Shown piece after piece: positions 53,667 through 63,798 of a stretch of 64,000 nucleotides of DNA. The position numbers were made by a program, and so were the translations under genes. Numbering within the stretch: the stretch's first letter is position 1; each line of letters starts with the position of its first letter. The DNA comes from Methanosarcinales archaeon (lineage in GTDB: Archaea > Halobacteriota > Methanosarcinia > Methanosarcinales > Methanosarcinaceae): contig JAIRKA010000071.1 of assembly GCA_031260345.1 (NCBI GenBank), positions 781 through 64,780 on the forward strand. Reading direction: 5' to 3'. The notes beneath the pieces are model-generated. The model was not told the DNA's origin, did not search any database, and saw only the letters and a list, made by a program, of their open reading frames with translations.

Positions 53667-55043
53667 ATGACATACAAAAGATCAATTGATGCGTACGAGT
53701 TCTACAACCGTGCAAAAATCGGTGAAAAGTGCTCACAGGATGACTGGGACTTGATGCATGTTCCGATGAAAGCAATGGAATTGAAACAAAAATACGGTCT
53801 TGACTTCAAAGGCGAAATCGTTCCGACCGATGCCGACATGATCGAAAAGCTCTTCCAAGCCGGTTTTGACATGCTTATGGCAGGTATCTTTGTTACAGAC
53901 ACCAACAGAATCGTCAAATACACAGAAGATGAAATCTGGGATGCAATCAACAACCCCATGCCCGAATTCCAACTCGGCTGGGGCAGAGACGCTGTTACAA
54001 TGAAAAGAAGAGAAATGGGCGACAAGAGAGGACCCTTGATTCAGGGCGGTCCGACCGGTTCACCTGTCTCCGAAAACGTCTTCTACGAAGTTCACATGTC
54101 CTATGCTCTTGAAAGAGAAGTTGACACCCTCGTTAACGGTGTTATGACAACCGTCCGCGGCTACCCGCCGACACCGAAAACACCCTTCGAAATCCTTGCC
54201 GCAAAGACTGAATCAAGAATTATCAAACAGTCCGCAGCAACCGCCGGTCGCCCGGGAATGGGTATATAGGGCCCCGAAACCTCCCTCTCTGCACAGGGCA
54301 ACATCGCTGCAGACTGTCCGGGCGGTCTTACAAACTATGACAGCCACGAAGTTTCTCAACTCAACGAAATGAAGATCGACCTTGACGCGATTTCCGTTAT
54401 TGCCCACTACCACGGCAACAACGACATCATCATGGACGAACAGATGCCGATTTACGGCGGCTACGCCGGCGGTCTTGAAGAGACAGCAATCGTTGACGTT
54501 GCATCAGCCATCAACGCATTCGTCATGTCCGGCGCAAGCTGGCACCTTGACGGTCCGGTCCACATCAGATGGGGATCCACCAACACCAGAGAAACCCTCG
54601 CCATTGCAGGCTGGTCCTCTGCTGCAATCACCAACCACACCGGATTCATGACAGGTAACCAGTACTACCCGTGTGCCGGTCCGTGTACTGAAATGGTTTT
54701 CCTTGAAGTTGCCGCACAGGCAATGACCGACTCCGCATCCGGCAGAGAAATTCTCTCCGGTGTCGCAGCCGCGAAAGGTGTCATTACAGACAAAACAACC
54801 GGTATGGAAGCCCGCATGATGGGAGAAGTCGCAAGAGCAGCAGCAGGCGTTGACATTGCTGAAATCAACAAGATTTTGAGCAAACTCGTCCCGAGCTACG
54901 AAAAGAACTTCGCCAACGCACCGCAGGGTAAAACCTTCCAGGAATGTTACGACGTTAAAACCATTACACCCACTGACGAACACGTCAAAGTCTACGAAGC
55001 AGCAAAGAAGAAGATCGAAGGCTTCGGTCTTGTCTTTAAATGA
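53667..55043 (+). CDS. mtmB: Monomethylamine:corrinoid methyltransferase with pyrrolysine at in-frame TAG 54267-54269
   Basis: AGRPGMGI*GPETSLSAQG context is the canonical MtmB Pyl site; readthrough gives 458 aa ending at TGA. Confidence 0.97.
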
Positions 55044-55083
55044 TTCGGCTATTTCGGCATAACAGTTAATCAAAAAAAATCAA

Positions 55084-55116
55084 GGCCGATTCCGGTTTTA
55101 AATTGGAGTCGGCTTT
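55084..55116 (+). terminator. Stem-loop after mtmB
   Basis: GGCCGATTCCGG-ttttaaa-TTGGAGTCGGCT inverted repeat with G-T pairs. Confidence 0.5.
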
Positions 55117-55324
55117 GTAAATTTTGAAAATACGAATTGTATTTGAATATTTATTGCGGTGAGCTTTGGCCGCTGAGTTTTCAATTCGAAGTTTGTGCCG
55201 ATTAAGCAGCATAATCAGCGTTTTAATCTTTGTAAAATGTGAATTATGTTCTTTTTATACAATTGTGTTTATGTGTTACATTATAGAATAATAGAATTAA
55301 AACAATTGACAATGGGGGTCAACA

Positions 55325-56527
55325 ATGAATTCTAAAACAAGAATGATCGTGTTTGCGGTCTTAGGTCTTATTTTATTCGCAGGCGCGATTTATGGTGTTG
55401 CAATGACAGCTCCTGCTTCTTCAGCACTTGCGAGCGATACGACTGTTTATGATAATAACAGCATTGATGAGAACTTCAAGTTTCTCAAAAATATCGGCAT
55501 TTGGTTTATGCTGATGTTGGTTGCTTTTTTAATGATGTTTATTCGTAAATTTGAGTGGAGTGTCCTACTCGCAACGCTTTTGTCGGCTGCGACAAGTTTT
55601 GTCGGTTATTTGGCAATTCAGCAATTCATATTCGGCGAAGCATGGAATCAAACATTAATGATTGCCGGAGTCGTCTGTGCGATTACGCTTGTCATCGCAA
55701 TCGGTGTCTTCCTGGGCACCATAAAGATGTGGCAATATCCGATTCTCGGTTTATTATTCGCGCCGGTTTATGTGCTTATGGAACTTTTCATGGGCGGAAG
55801 TATATTCGGCCTCGGTTATGCAACAGACCCGGGAGGATCTATTCTCGTTCACATGGGGGCCGCTTACTTCGGTTTGGGCGTTGCATTAGCCATCCGTGAA
55901 AAGAAAGCGTTTGGTGAGCCGATGTATACCACCACACACAGCGTCGGTTTCGTTTGGCTCGCAGCAATGCTTCTTTGGATGCTTTGGCCGACATTCGTTA
56001 CAGCATTCTTGCCGCCGGAACAAGTCTTCTGGGGTATCATGACATGTTACATGGCCGGTGTCGGTTCGATCATTGCGGCTTATGTTGTTTGTCAAGTCGT
56101 TGAAAAGAAAGTCAATCCGCTCGTTTACGCGTATGCGATGCTGGCAGGTCCCGTGGCAATCGGAGCACCTTTGCTCATCGTCGGCGCCTGGGGAGCTCTT
56201 GTGGTTGGTATTCTCGCAGGTGCACTTTCTGCGCTGAGTTTCCTCTTCATTCACCCGTGGCTTTGCAAGAAGCTGGGTGTTTTGGATGTCATGGGCGTTC
56301 ATAACCTTCACGGTATTCCGGGATGGCTTGGCGGTATCATTGCGGCAGTCGTCGTCGGCAGTTTTGTGAATATCGTTGCAGCATTTGTCATTATGTTCGG
56401 AACGATAATCGCAGGTCTCATTATCGGCACAATACTCAAACTCTCTCGCGGCGTCATGCCCGAAGGTGAAGCATTTATGAATGACGATAACGATTTCATC
56501 AAGAGTGAAAAGCCGGCAGATGCATAA
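55325..56527 (+). CDS. Ammonium transporter, Rh50-like
   Basis: About 11-12 TM segments; DPGGSILVH...YFG, LWMLWP.F and GVHNLHG.PG match Rh-family twin-His motifs. Confidence 0.85.
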   Translation: MNSKTRMIVFAVLGLILFAGAIYGVAMTAPASSALASDTTVYDNNSIDENFKFLKNIGIWFMLMLVAFLMMFIRKFEWSVLLATLLSAATSFVGYLAIQQFIFGEAWNQTLMIAGVVCAITLVIAIGVFLGTIKMWQYPILGLLFAPVYVLMELFMGGSIFGLGYATDPGGSILVHMGAAYFGLGVALAIREKKAFGEPMYTTTHSVGFVWLAAMLLWMLWPTFVTAFLPPEQVFWGIMTCYMAGVGSIIAAYVVCQVVEKKVNPLVYAYAMLAGPVAIGAPLLIVGAWGALVVGILAGALSALSFLFIHPWLCKKLGVLDVMGVHNLHGIPGWLGGIIAAVVVGSFVNIVAAFVIMFGTIIAGLIIGTILKLSRGVMPEGEAFMNDDNDFIKSEKPADA

Positions 56528-56637
56528 GTGTAAGAAATAAATGCAGCTAAAAATGTCTTAAGAATCTGAAAAGATTCAGAAAAAAGGCTTGACGGATTTG
56601 TCGAAAAAAAATCGGCAAGTTCGTCTTTTTTTTGGTT

Positions 56638-56681
56638 TTGACCGGTCCGAAGGAGCGGTCAACTTGGAGCGTAGCCCTAAG
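56638..56681 (+). repeat. Family A palindromic repeat
   Basis: TTGACCGGTCCGAAGGAGCGGTCAA-CTTGGAGC-GTA-GCCCTAAG. Confidence 0.85.
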
Positions 56682-56813
56682 AGGTTTTTTTCCACGTTTC
56701 ATTTTATCAACCCTACATTCTATCATTACCGTTTTTTGTTTTTCATTTTTTTTCATCATCACTGTTTTATTGAATCAGCTCATTGAACTTTAAAAAAGTA
56801 AAAAGGTTAAATT

Positions 56814-57248
56814 ATGATTTTTTCGGAATTGACTCAAGATCGAATTTCAGATGTTACCGATCTGTTCATTGCAGCGTTTAACGCGCCGCCGTGGAATGAT
56901 ACTTGGACAAGGGAAACTGCGGAACTCCGATTGAAGCAGCAATTGAGCTCGCCTTATGATTACGGATTAATCTGCGAAATCGACGGTGATATTGTCGGTA
57001 TGGTTATCGGACACGAAGAACAATATTGTGATGAAATTCATTTTACGATTAGGGAATTTTGTACACGTGTTGATCTTCGCGGACAGGGAATCGGCAAAAA
57101 AATAATTCGGGAGCTTGATTACCTTCTCAAAGAACGCGGCGTTCATAAGGTGTTTTTGGCAACGATTCCCAGTGAAGGAACTGTCGGCGTTTATCAAAAA
57201 TTAGGTTTTGAAATAAATGACATGGTTATGATGGAAAAAAGGCTTTAA
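56814..57248 (+). CDS. GNAT family N-acetyltransferase
   Basis: FNAPPWND.W, RGQGIG and YQKLGF motifs. Confidence 0.88.
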   Translation: MIFSELTQDRISDVTDLFIAAFNAPPWNDTWTRETAELRLKQQLSSPYDYGLICEIDGDIVGMVIGHEEQYCDEIHFTIREFCTRVDLRGQGIGKKIIRELDYLLKERGVHKVFLATIPSEGTVGVYQKLGFEINDMVMMEKRL

Positions 57249-57439
57249 TTTTGACCAAATTTATTTTCTTATCTTTCATTCAATTGAAGAGATAACTAAA
57301 AATGCATTTCCCTTTTTCATAAATTTTTGGAAAACTTGTGCGGCTCGCACGAGGCGACAGCTGCCAAAATTAAGAGGCGAAGCCGGGCAATTTTTACCGC
57401 AGACCGCTCTCTCCCTGCCATTTGAAATTTTACCTGGCT

Positions 57440-58501
57440 TCACTCACAAGATTTTTCCTTATCAAAATTCGCAATCAAATTTTCAAGCTGAATTCTTTCA
57501 TTCGACGCTTGGGCCAACCGGCCGTCACATTCCGCGATTTGAATCAGCCGCTTCGCCGTTTTCATTTCATCGCCGCTCTTTTTCTCATCAGCGATTGCGG
57601 CAATTTCAAACCCTTCCAAAATTTCACTGCCGGTCAAACCGTCATCAATCAAAAGCGCGTCCAATTTATTTCGCGCTTCCATGAAGTTCTTGTCACGCGC
57701 AGCTGCTTTGTAGAGTTCTGTTATGCCGTTTTCTTCATCCAATCGAAATTGCATCTGAATCATAGAAACAGTGAGATCTGTTCCGGCTTCCTGCGCATCT
57801 GTCAGGGCGGTTTGAAGGATTTCTAAAGAATTTCCGACATTGCCGTTTGTTTGGTACGCGATTTCAAAAAGAACCTCATCACCAACGCCGAACCCCTCTT
57901 TTTCAGCGATTTCCTTCATGAAAGGAACAAGCTCATCGGGCGATACGGGGCTGAAGAAAAGCGTCACACCTCTTGAGCGCAGCGGCGGAATAATTTTGGA
58001 AACGCTTTTAGAAGACAAAATGAAGCGGCAGGTTTTGGAATACTTTTCCATAATTCTGCGAAGCGCCTGCTGCGCTTCCATTGTGAGCGCTTCGGCCGAG
58101 TCAATGCATATGATTTTGTAATCCGCGTTCATCGGCGCAATGGCAGCGTATTCATTAATGATATCCTTAAAAATGCTGATGACGCTTTTTTGAATCTTTT
58201 TCGGGTCATCCGTTCCGAGAAGCCGATAAAAGCGCGGGTCTCTGACAAGATAGTTTTTGCCCTGTTCGAAAAAGTCAGACGCGTTGAAATAAGTGAAATT
58301 TAATTCGCTTTCATCGTCGTAAAGACGCTTGGCAAGCGCAAGCGCCGCAGTCATTTTGCCGGCGTTTTCGGGGCCGAAGAGAATCAGATGAGGCAAAGAG
58401 CCCGAAGCTGTCAGACTTGTCAATGTCTCAACGGTTTGGCGGTTTCCGAGAATGCCGTCAAACGTGTCGGGGCGATATTTTAGAGTCCAAACATCTTTCA
58501 T
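57440..58501 (-). CDS. rfcS: Replication factor C small subunit, second (divergent) type
   Basis: WTLKYRP, LPHLILFGP..AGK, NASD, AQQALRRIMEKYS and PLRSR motifs; start at MKDVW. Confidence 0.88.
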   Translation of the reverse strand: MKDVWTLKYRPDTFDGILGNRQTVETLTSLTASGSLPHLILFGPENAGKMTAALALAKRLYDDESELNFTYFNASDFFEQGKNYLVRDPRFYRLLGTDDPKKIQKSVISIFKDIINEYAAIAPMNADYKIICIDSAEALTMEAQQALRRIMEKYSKTCRFILSSKSVSKIIPPLRSRGVTLFFSPVSPDELVPFMKEIAEKEGFGVGDEVLFEIAYQTNGNVGNSLEILQTALTDAQEAGTDLTVSMIQMQFRLDEENGITELYKAAARDKNFMEARNKLDALLIDDGLTGSEILEGFEIAAIADEKKSGDEMKTAKRLIQIAECDGRLAQASNERIQLENLIANFDKEKSCE

Positions 58502-58710
58502 TTTATTCCGTCCGCAAGTGCAAGAAAATTCAAAGTCAATAAGATCCAAAATCAAATACAATTCAAAGTCAGATAAAGCATAAAATCAATTATAATACAT
58601 AAAATAACACAATGGAATCAATTAAAAATCAGATAAACGAATGATTTGATTCATTTTGAACCTTTTCATTCGTTTAATTATTTGTTATTGTTTGTATTCA
58701 TTTTTTCTGT

Positions 58711-60426
58711 TTATTCATCGCGCGCTTTTTCGTCAATCATTCCGCGTTTTATGAGAATGTATCTCAAAATTGAGGAGTAAGCCGGACGTGCGATCAAAGC
58801 GCCGATTAAAACACCGGCAATCGTCACAATTGCGAAGCCTCTGAGCGCTCCGAATCCGAGAGACGAAACAAGCGGAAGCATGGCAACCACCGTCGTCGCC
58901 GCGGTAGCGAAAATAATCATAAAGGCTTTCCCGATACGTTTCGTGTAAACAATATCCGACGGCATTTTACCTTCATGAGCCACTTCTTCCGTGATAATGA
59001 TCAAGTGATCTATTCCGGTACCGATGACGGCAATAATACCGGCAATGGCGGCCAAATTCAAATCCTGCATAATCAAGACGGAAAAGCCGATCAGCAGAAC
59101 GATTTCACAAAAAGAGGTTGCGATCATCGGCACTGCGATTTCCGGACGCTTGTAGCGGCGGTAAACGAGGACTGCAACTGCAAAAAGCGCTAAGATGCCC
59201 GCTAAAATCGCGCCTCTTAAGAAACCTTGACCGAGTGAGGCATCAACTTGCCCCGCGCTTACGATTTCAACATTGACCGGCAATGCGCCTGCACGCAAGT
59301 GAATCTGAAGATTTCTGGCCTCTTCCTCCGAGCCCGTTCCGGCCTGCCAGGAAAAGATCGGCTGCGAATTCAGCTGGTTCGCTGCGCTGTGACTGAGCGG
59401 CGCGCTGTAAACAACTTCGTCATCCAGCAGCATGATCAAATGATGCGCATTCGGATTGACTGTTGCTCCCGTACTGATTGCCGCCTGCTGAAGTGCTCTT
59501 GCGCCCGCTTCACTTAATGTGAACGGCACGAAGAAGGTACCGGTTGACGGATCGTTTCCGACGATGCCGACACTTTCGATTGCGTCTCCGTAAAGCACGT
59601 GAATGCTTTCGTTTCCGGTAGTTTGAATTCTGATTTCGAATTTACCGGGCGTTGAAACCAACTCTCTCGCGTCCGCCAAACTGACGCCGGCGAAATCAAT
59701 TTGAATGAATCCGTCTCCGATTGCGCGGATCGGGATGTCCCTGACGCCCAGACCGTTGCCGAGCTTGTTGTTAAGAACGGCAATCATCAGCTGCATTGTT
59801 TCTCTTGTCGTTCCGTCTCTGTAAAGCAAATTGCCCGCAGCGTCCGTTAAAATTCTGCCGTTCACAGCTGCCATATAGCCGGAAAGCTCTTCCGGAGTCG
59901 TTGCCGTTCGAATTTCATATTCAACGCCTCCCATTATCGAGAACGGAACAACTTCCGCGCCGTACACGTGAGAAAGATAAGAGACGATGAAGCCGACCGA
60001 ACTGGATGAAATATTAACTTGTGAAATATTATTTGAAGTGCTGACATGGATGCTGTTCGTATTGAACATATGCTCCAATCTTGTTTGATTGACAGGATCA
60101 GCTGTTCTGAACGTCACAAAGGCGGATCCGTTCTCCGCAACGCTTGTGCCGACGATTTCAATGCCGTTTGGGAATTCCTGAGCGGTCATGACGGTGACAA
60201 TGTCACGCGGCGCGGCTCCGACTTGAGCGACAGCACCGCTGAGCTGCAAGTAAATGGTTGAGCCGCCTCTGATATCAAGACCAAAGTGAACGTTTGTCAA
60301 ACCATCGTTTTCTACGAAATATCCGACCGGACTGAAAATCGCAAATACGGAAACGAGAAGCGCGACGACTAAAAGGATGACTCTGTAATCCTTGTATAGA
60401 GGCTGTTCTTTCTTTTCTTCTCTCAT
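58711..60426 (-). CDS. secD: Protein translocase subunit SecD
   Basis: FGLDIRGGS, LRAGALP, IAVIGTGID and LRGFA motifs. Confidence 0.93.
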   Translation of the reverse strand: MREEKKEQPLYKDYRVILLVVALLVSVFAIFSPVGYFVENDGLTNVHFGLDIRGGSTIYLQLSGAVAQVGAAPRDIVTVMTAQEFPNGIEIVGTSVAENGSAFVTFRTADPVNQTRLEHMFNTNSIHVSTSNNISQVNISSSSVGFIVSYLSHVYGAEVVPFSIMGGVEYEIRTATTPEELSGYMAAVNGRILTDAAGNLLYRDGTTRETMQLMIAVLNNKLGNGLGVRDIPIRAIGDGFIQIDFAGVSLADARELVSTPGKFEIRIQTTGNESIHVLYGDAIESVGIVGNDPSTGTFFVPFTLSEAGARALQQAAISTGATVNPNAHHLIMLLDDEVVYSAPLSHSAANQLNSQPIFSWQAGTGSEEEARNLQIHLRAGALPVNVEIVSAGQVDASLGQGFLRGAILAGILALFAVAVLVYRRYKRPEIAVPMIATSFCEIVLLIGFSVLIMQDLNLAAIAGIIAVIGTGIDHLIIITEEVAHEGKMPSDIVYTKRIGKAFMIIFATAATTVVAMLPLVSSLGFGALRGFAIVTIAGVLIGALIARPAYSSILRYILIKRGMIDEKARDE

Positions 60427-61343
60427 GCGCGTCTGCCTCCTTTTTTAGATCTGCCTTTCGGGCGTGTCAAATACATTCGAAGAACGCCGACATTAAAGAA
60501 CCAAGTATTCCAAATGTCCGCGACAAGACCGATTAAAACGATCAATGAGATTTGAGACATGATCGGAATCGGCGGAATTCCCGGAATGATGTAATGCGCA
60601 AACGTGGAGACAACAAACATAACAAAAAATGCGGCAGCCGTTGTCGTTGTCATAAACATTCCCGTGCGCATGGCAGCCGAAATTTTATCATCCAAATTGC
60701 CGCTTCGCTTGAGTACTTTATTTGCCAGCAAAATATCACTGTCAACGGAAAACGCGATAATCATTAAAAGCGCCGCAATCGTTCCGAGCGTTAATTCAAT
60801 TCCGAGGATGTTCATCACCGCGAGCGGAATGATGATGTTTGCAATAGTTTTAAAAACAAGCGAGAGCGATGGAACAATCTGCCTGAATATGATAAAAACG
60901 ACAAACGCCATGCCGATTAAGGATAAGACGACCGCGATTAAGGCCGATCTCTGCAATTCCTGGCCGTATATCGGCGATATTTGCAGCTGCTCAATATCTC
61001 GGAATGCCGGATTATTGTATATCAGATTTTCAAGCGTCTGCAGTTCATCAGATCCCATCATGCTGAATTGGAGGACGGCGCGATTGCCTGATATTCTGAT
61101 GTCGTTGAGCGGATAGCCTGAAAACATTTCCTGAAGCTGATTTTCCGTCAGAGTAGTCGTTGCCGAAAACTGCGTTCCGCCGACGAAGTCCATGCCCAAG
61201 GCAACAGGACTGCCGGTTTGTATTATCATAAAAGCGATAATTAAAAGCGCAGCGGCAAGAATCGCTAACGGGATCGCAATCAGTTTCTTATTGTCCGTTT
61301 TTTGAACAAACGGATAAAGATAATGATAAAGATCCAATTTCAT
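60423..61343 (-). CDS. secF: Protein translocase subunit SecF
   Basis: LGMDFVGGT and AALLMII.FSVDSDILL motifs; stop overlaps the secD start. Confidence 0.92.
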   Translation of the reverse strand: MKLDLYHYLYPFVQKTDNKKLIAIPLAILAAALLIIAFMIIQTGSPVALGMDFVGGTQFSATTTLTENQLQEMFSGYPLNDIRISGNRAVLQFSMMGSDELQTLENLIYNNPAFRDIEQLQISPIYGQELQRSALIAVVLSLIGMAFVVFIIFRQIVPSLSLVFKTIANIIIPLAVMNILGIELTLGTIAALLMIIAFSVDSDILLANKVLKRSGNLDDKISAAMRTGMFMTTTTAAAFFVMFVVSTFAHYIIPGIPPIPIMSQISLIVLIGLVADIWNTWFFNVGVLRMYLTRPKGRSKKGGRRA

Positions 61344-61491
61344 AGTCAATCCCATTTTATTTTTGTATGAATTAAGTGTAAGCGAACTAAAAGATAACAA
61401 AAAGATAACAAGTAATAACAGAATAACAAGTTAAAGAACATTCCGATTCATTCAACAATTTATATATCTTCATCTTCCTTTTATAATTATT

Positions 61492-61965
61492 ATGTCTGAA
61501 GAGAATCCGAATGCTGAAAGGTTAACGGTCGATGAGTATTTCGTTGAAATTGCGGCAACTGTCGCCAAAAGGGCAACCTGTCTTCGAAATAAAGTCGGCG
61601 CTGTGATTGTCCGCGATAATCGTATTTTAACAACCGGTTACAACGGCGCTCCAAGAGGAATTGAGCACTGTTTGGATATCGGCTGTATTCGTCAGCAGCA
61701 AAATATCCCGTCCGGAACGATGCATGAGAAATGCCGCGCCGTTCACGCCGAGCAAAACGCCATCATTCAGGCGGCCGTTCACGGCGTTCAGACATCGGGC
61801 GCAACGCTTTACTGCACGCACCAGCCCTGTATTCTCTGCACGAAAATGATTATTAACGCGGGCATTAAGCATGTCGTTTATGTCAGCGCGTATCCTGATC
61901 CCGATTCATTGGGCTTTTTTGAAGAAGCCGGCGTGACGATTGAGCAATATAAACCGAAGAACTGA
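61492..61965 (+). CDS. dCMP deaminase family protein
   Basis: TGYNG, HAEQNA and PCILC zinc motifs. Confidence 0.92.
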   Translation: MSEENPNAERLTVDEYFVEIAATVAKRATCLRNKVGAVIVRDNRILTTGYNGAPRGIEHCLDIGCIRQQQNIPSGTMHEKCRAVHAEQNAIIQAAVHGVQTSGATLYCTHQPCILCTKMIINAGIKHVVYVSAYPDPDSLGFFEEAGVTIEQYKPKN

Positions 61966-62004
61966 ATCTTGGTTTTATTTTTTCATTACCGTTGCTTGCA
62001 GGCT

Positions 62005-62175
62005 GTCATTACTCCCAATCAGGTATGCATTCTTCCGCTTGTACCTGCTCATTTTAATCACATCCGTTCGCTATCGCGAACGTGCCGCCGCTACCTACAG
62101 GTTTGCGTTCACTGCTGTTACCTTACTGCTTCCGCCAGCAACAGCCGCTCGCGTGCGAACCGCTCCGCTTTTCAT
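62005..62175 (-). repeat. Family B modular intergenic element
   Basis: Reverse complement carries the GCGGTTCGCACGCG end motif and CACGTTCGCGATAGCGAACGGATGTGATTAAAATGAGCAGGTACAAGC, a near match to 44653-44700. Confidence 0.8.
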
Positions 62176-62258
62176 CCTATTTTCAATCCGCCCAACGTCT
62201 TTCATGACACGATAGTTAATTTATGATACGTGGATTTGAGTATTTCTTTGAATATCGT

Positions 62259-62885
62259 TCAGCGAATAAAATTCATCATGACTCTTTGTTCTTCTTCCGG
62301 AAACGGAACAGAACACTTTCCGGCATCAACAACTTTCAAAAGCCAGGCCATCGCGCGCGCGTTTTTGCGGAGTGTTTGAATGCCTTCGTCATCCTTTAAA
62401 ACTTCTCCTTTTGCCGCACCGTAGCCGACCATCCAATACTGGGAAGGCGGTGTGATTGTTTCAGCAAGAGTTAAAAAATTGTTGAGCTGGTGCGTCACAT
62501 CAACGCCGCCCGCGCGGCGGACAACGGCTGCGGATGTCGCAACTTTATATTTGAAATATCTTGAACTGCTGTAAAACACCCGGTCTAAAAAGCATTTCAT
62601 CGTTCCCGAAATGCCCGCGTAATAAGTGGGAGAAGCGAGAATAAATCCGTCAGCTTCACGCATTTTGAGCGCAATTTCATTGACTGAATCGTCTTTAATG
62701 ACGCATTGGTTGTTTTCTGACGTTCGGCAATAAGAACAAGCTTTGCAGCCGTGAATCTGTTCGCTGCCGACATGAATGATTTCAACATCAATGCCCGCTT
62801 TTTCCAACTCATCGCTCATCACTTTGAGCGCAGCTGCCGTATTTCCATCCGCTCTGGGGCTTCCGTTAATTGCAATCACTTTCAT
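62259..62885 (-). CDS. Flavodoxin-fold iron-sulfur flavoprotein (Isf-like)
   Basis: INGSPR..GNT, CKACSYC.......C and ASPTYY motifs. Confidence 0.88.
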   Translation of the reverse strand: MKVIAINGSPRADGNTAAALKVMSDELEKAGIDVEIIHVGSEQIHGCKACSYCRTSENNQCVIKDDSVNEIALKMREADGFILASPTYYAGISGTMKCFLDRVFYSSSRYFKYKVATSAAVVRRAGGVDVTHQLNNFLTLAETITPPSQYWMVGYGAAKGEVLKDDEGIQTLRKNARAMAWLLKVVDAGKCSVPFPEEEQRVMMNFIR

Positions 62886-62974
62886 ATTTTGTTTTCTCCT
62901 TGAGAATTTCAGTTGAATTAAATTTTCTTGGTTTAAGGCTTAATCGTTTTTATTAAATCAGTTACCATTTCTTT

Positions 62975-63382
62975 TTAATTTATGCTTCCTTCACTTTGTA
63001 TCACTTTTTGATAAGGCGGCAAAATCAAAGGAGTCGCGTTGGATAATCTCGTTATTGCTTTAATGTTGTCCGACATTTTTTTGTAAGCAATCGGGCTGCC
63101 GTTTTCAAAAACATATTTTCGAAGTTCTTCAATATCATATTCATTGCTTGTTCCCTCGACATCAAAATAAGACAAAGCGATGCATTTTAAATTTAAAGCA
63201 TTGTCTCCCGATGACATTTCAATCATCTGCTCAACGATGCAGGGTTTCTTCAGGTCGTTGATCGGAACTTTGACGCTGAAACCATTTTTAATCTGAACGT
63301 TTAAAGCGCCTGCAACAGGATTATATTCATATTCCAATCGAGCGACTGTGTGACTTGCCAATTTACATTTTTTAAAATTCAT
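62975..63382 (-). CDS. Hypothetical protein
   Basis: 135-aa ORF with GAGG upstream; no recognisable motif. Confidence 0.6.
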   Translation of the reverse strand: MNFKKCKLASHTVARLEYEYNPVAGALNVQIKNGFSVKVPINDLKKPCIVEQMIEMSSGDNALNLKCIALSYFDVEGTSNEYDIEELRKYVFENGSPIAYKKMSDNIKAITRLSNATPLILPPYQKVIQSEGSIN

Positions 63383-63798
63383 TTGAATGCCTCATCGTTT
63401 CTTTATCTGACTTTTATATTTTTTTACTTTATAATATCTTTCAATTTATGTCTTGAAATATTCATTAAATAATATTAATATTAGCTTATAATAAATATAT
63501 ATCTATTGATTTTTTTGAAAATTATATAAAACTCGATGTGAAATAACTAAAGGTTTTATCTGATCATATTTGGTTTATGATGTCGTTTTTGTTCCGTTTA
63601 AGAACCGTTTCCATTAAAAACGGGGTGCGAAGACATTTTACACTTATTGTAAACTCGACGAAAATATATTTATAGTTTACATTCTTTATTGTTCCAATTC
63701 CAGAACCGAATCTGTTTTTGCCGGCCAAAATGCCAACCGACAGCCGAACAGACACGAATGAATTATCTCTTATCCAAGTTTTAGGAGGACTATAATAA

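Noticed and set aside
54267-54368. mtmB split into 200-aa and 224-aa ORFs, suggesting a pseudogene
   Set aside because: The break is the canonical in-frame Pyl TAG and readthrough gives a full 458-aa MtmB. This is known biology. I did not call a PYLIS element because I could not verify its fold by eye.
27067-56681. Family A repeats or adhesin repeats as a CRISPR array
   Set aside because: Copies are dispersed or coding, there is no repeat-spacer periodicity, and no cas genes are present.
57440-58501. Degenerate Walker motifs in RFC small subunit (GPENAGKMT, DSAE)
   Set aside because: Consistent with the second RFC small subunit already known in Methanosarcinales.
63564-63755. 63-aa ORF upstream of pycB
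   Set aside because: It lies in the AT-rich divergent promoter region and has no motif support.
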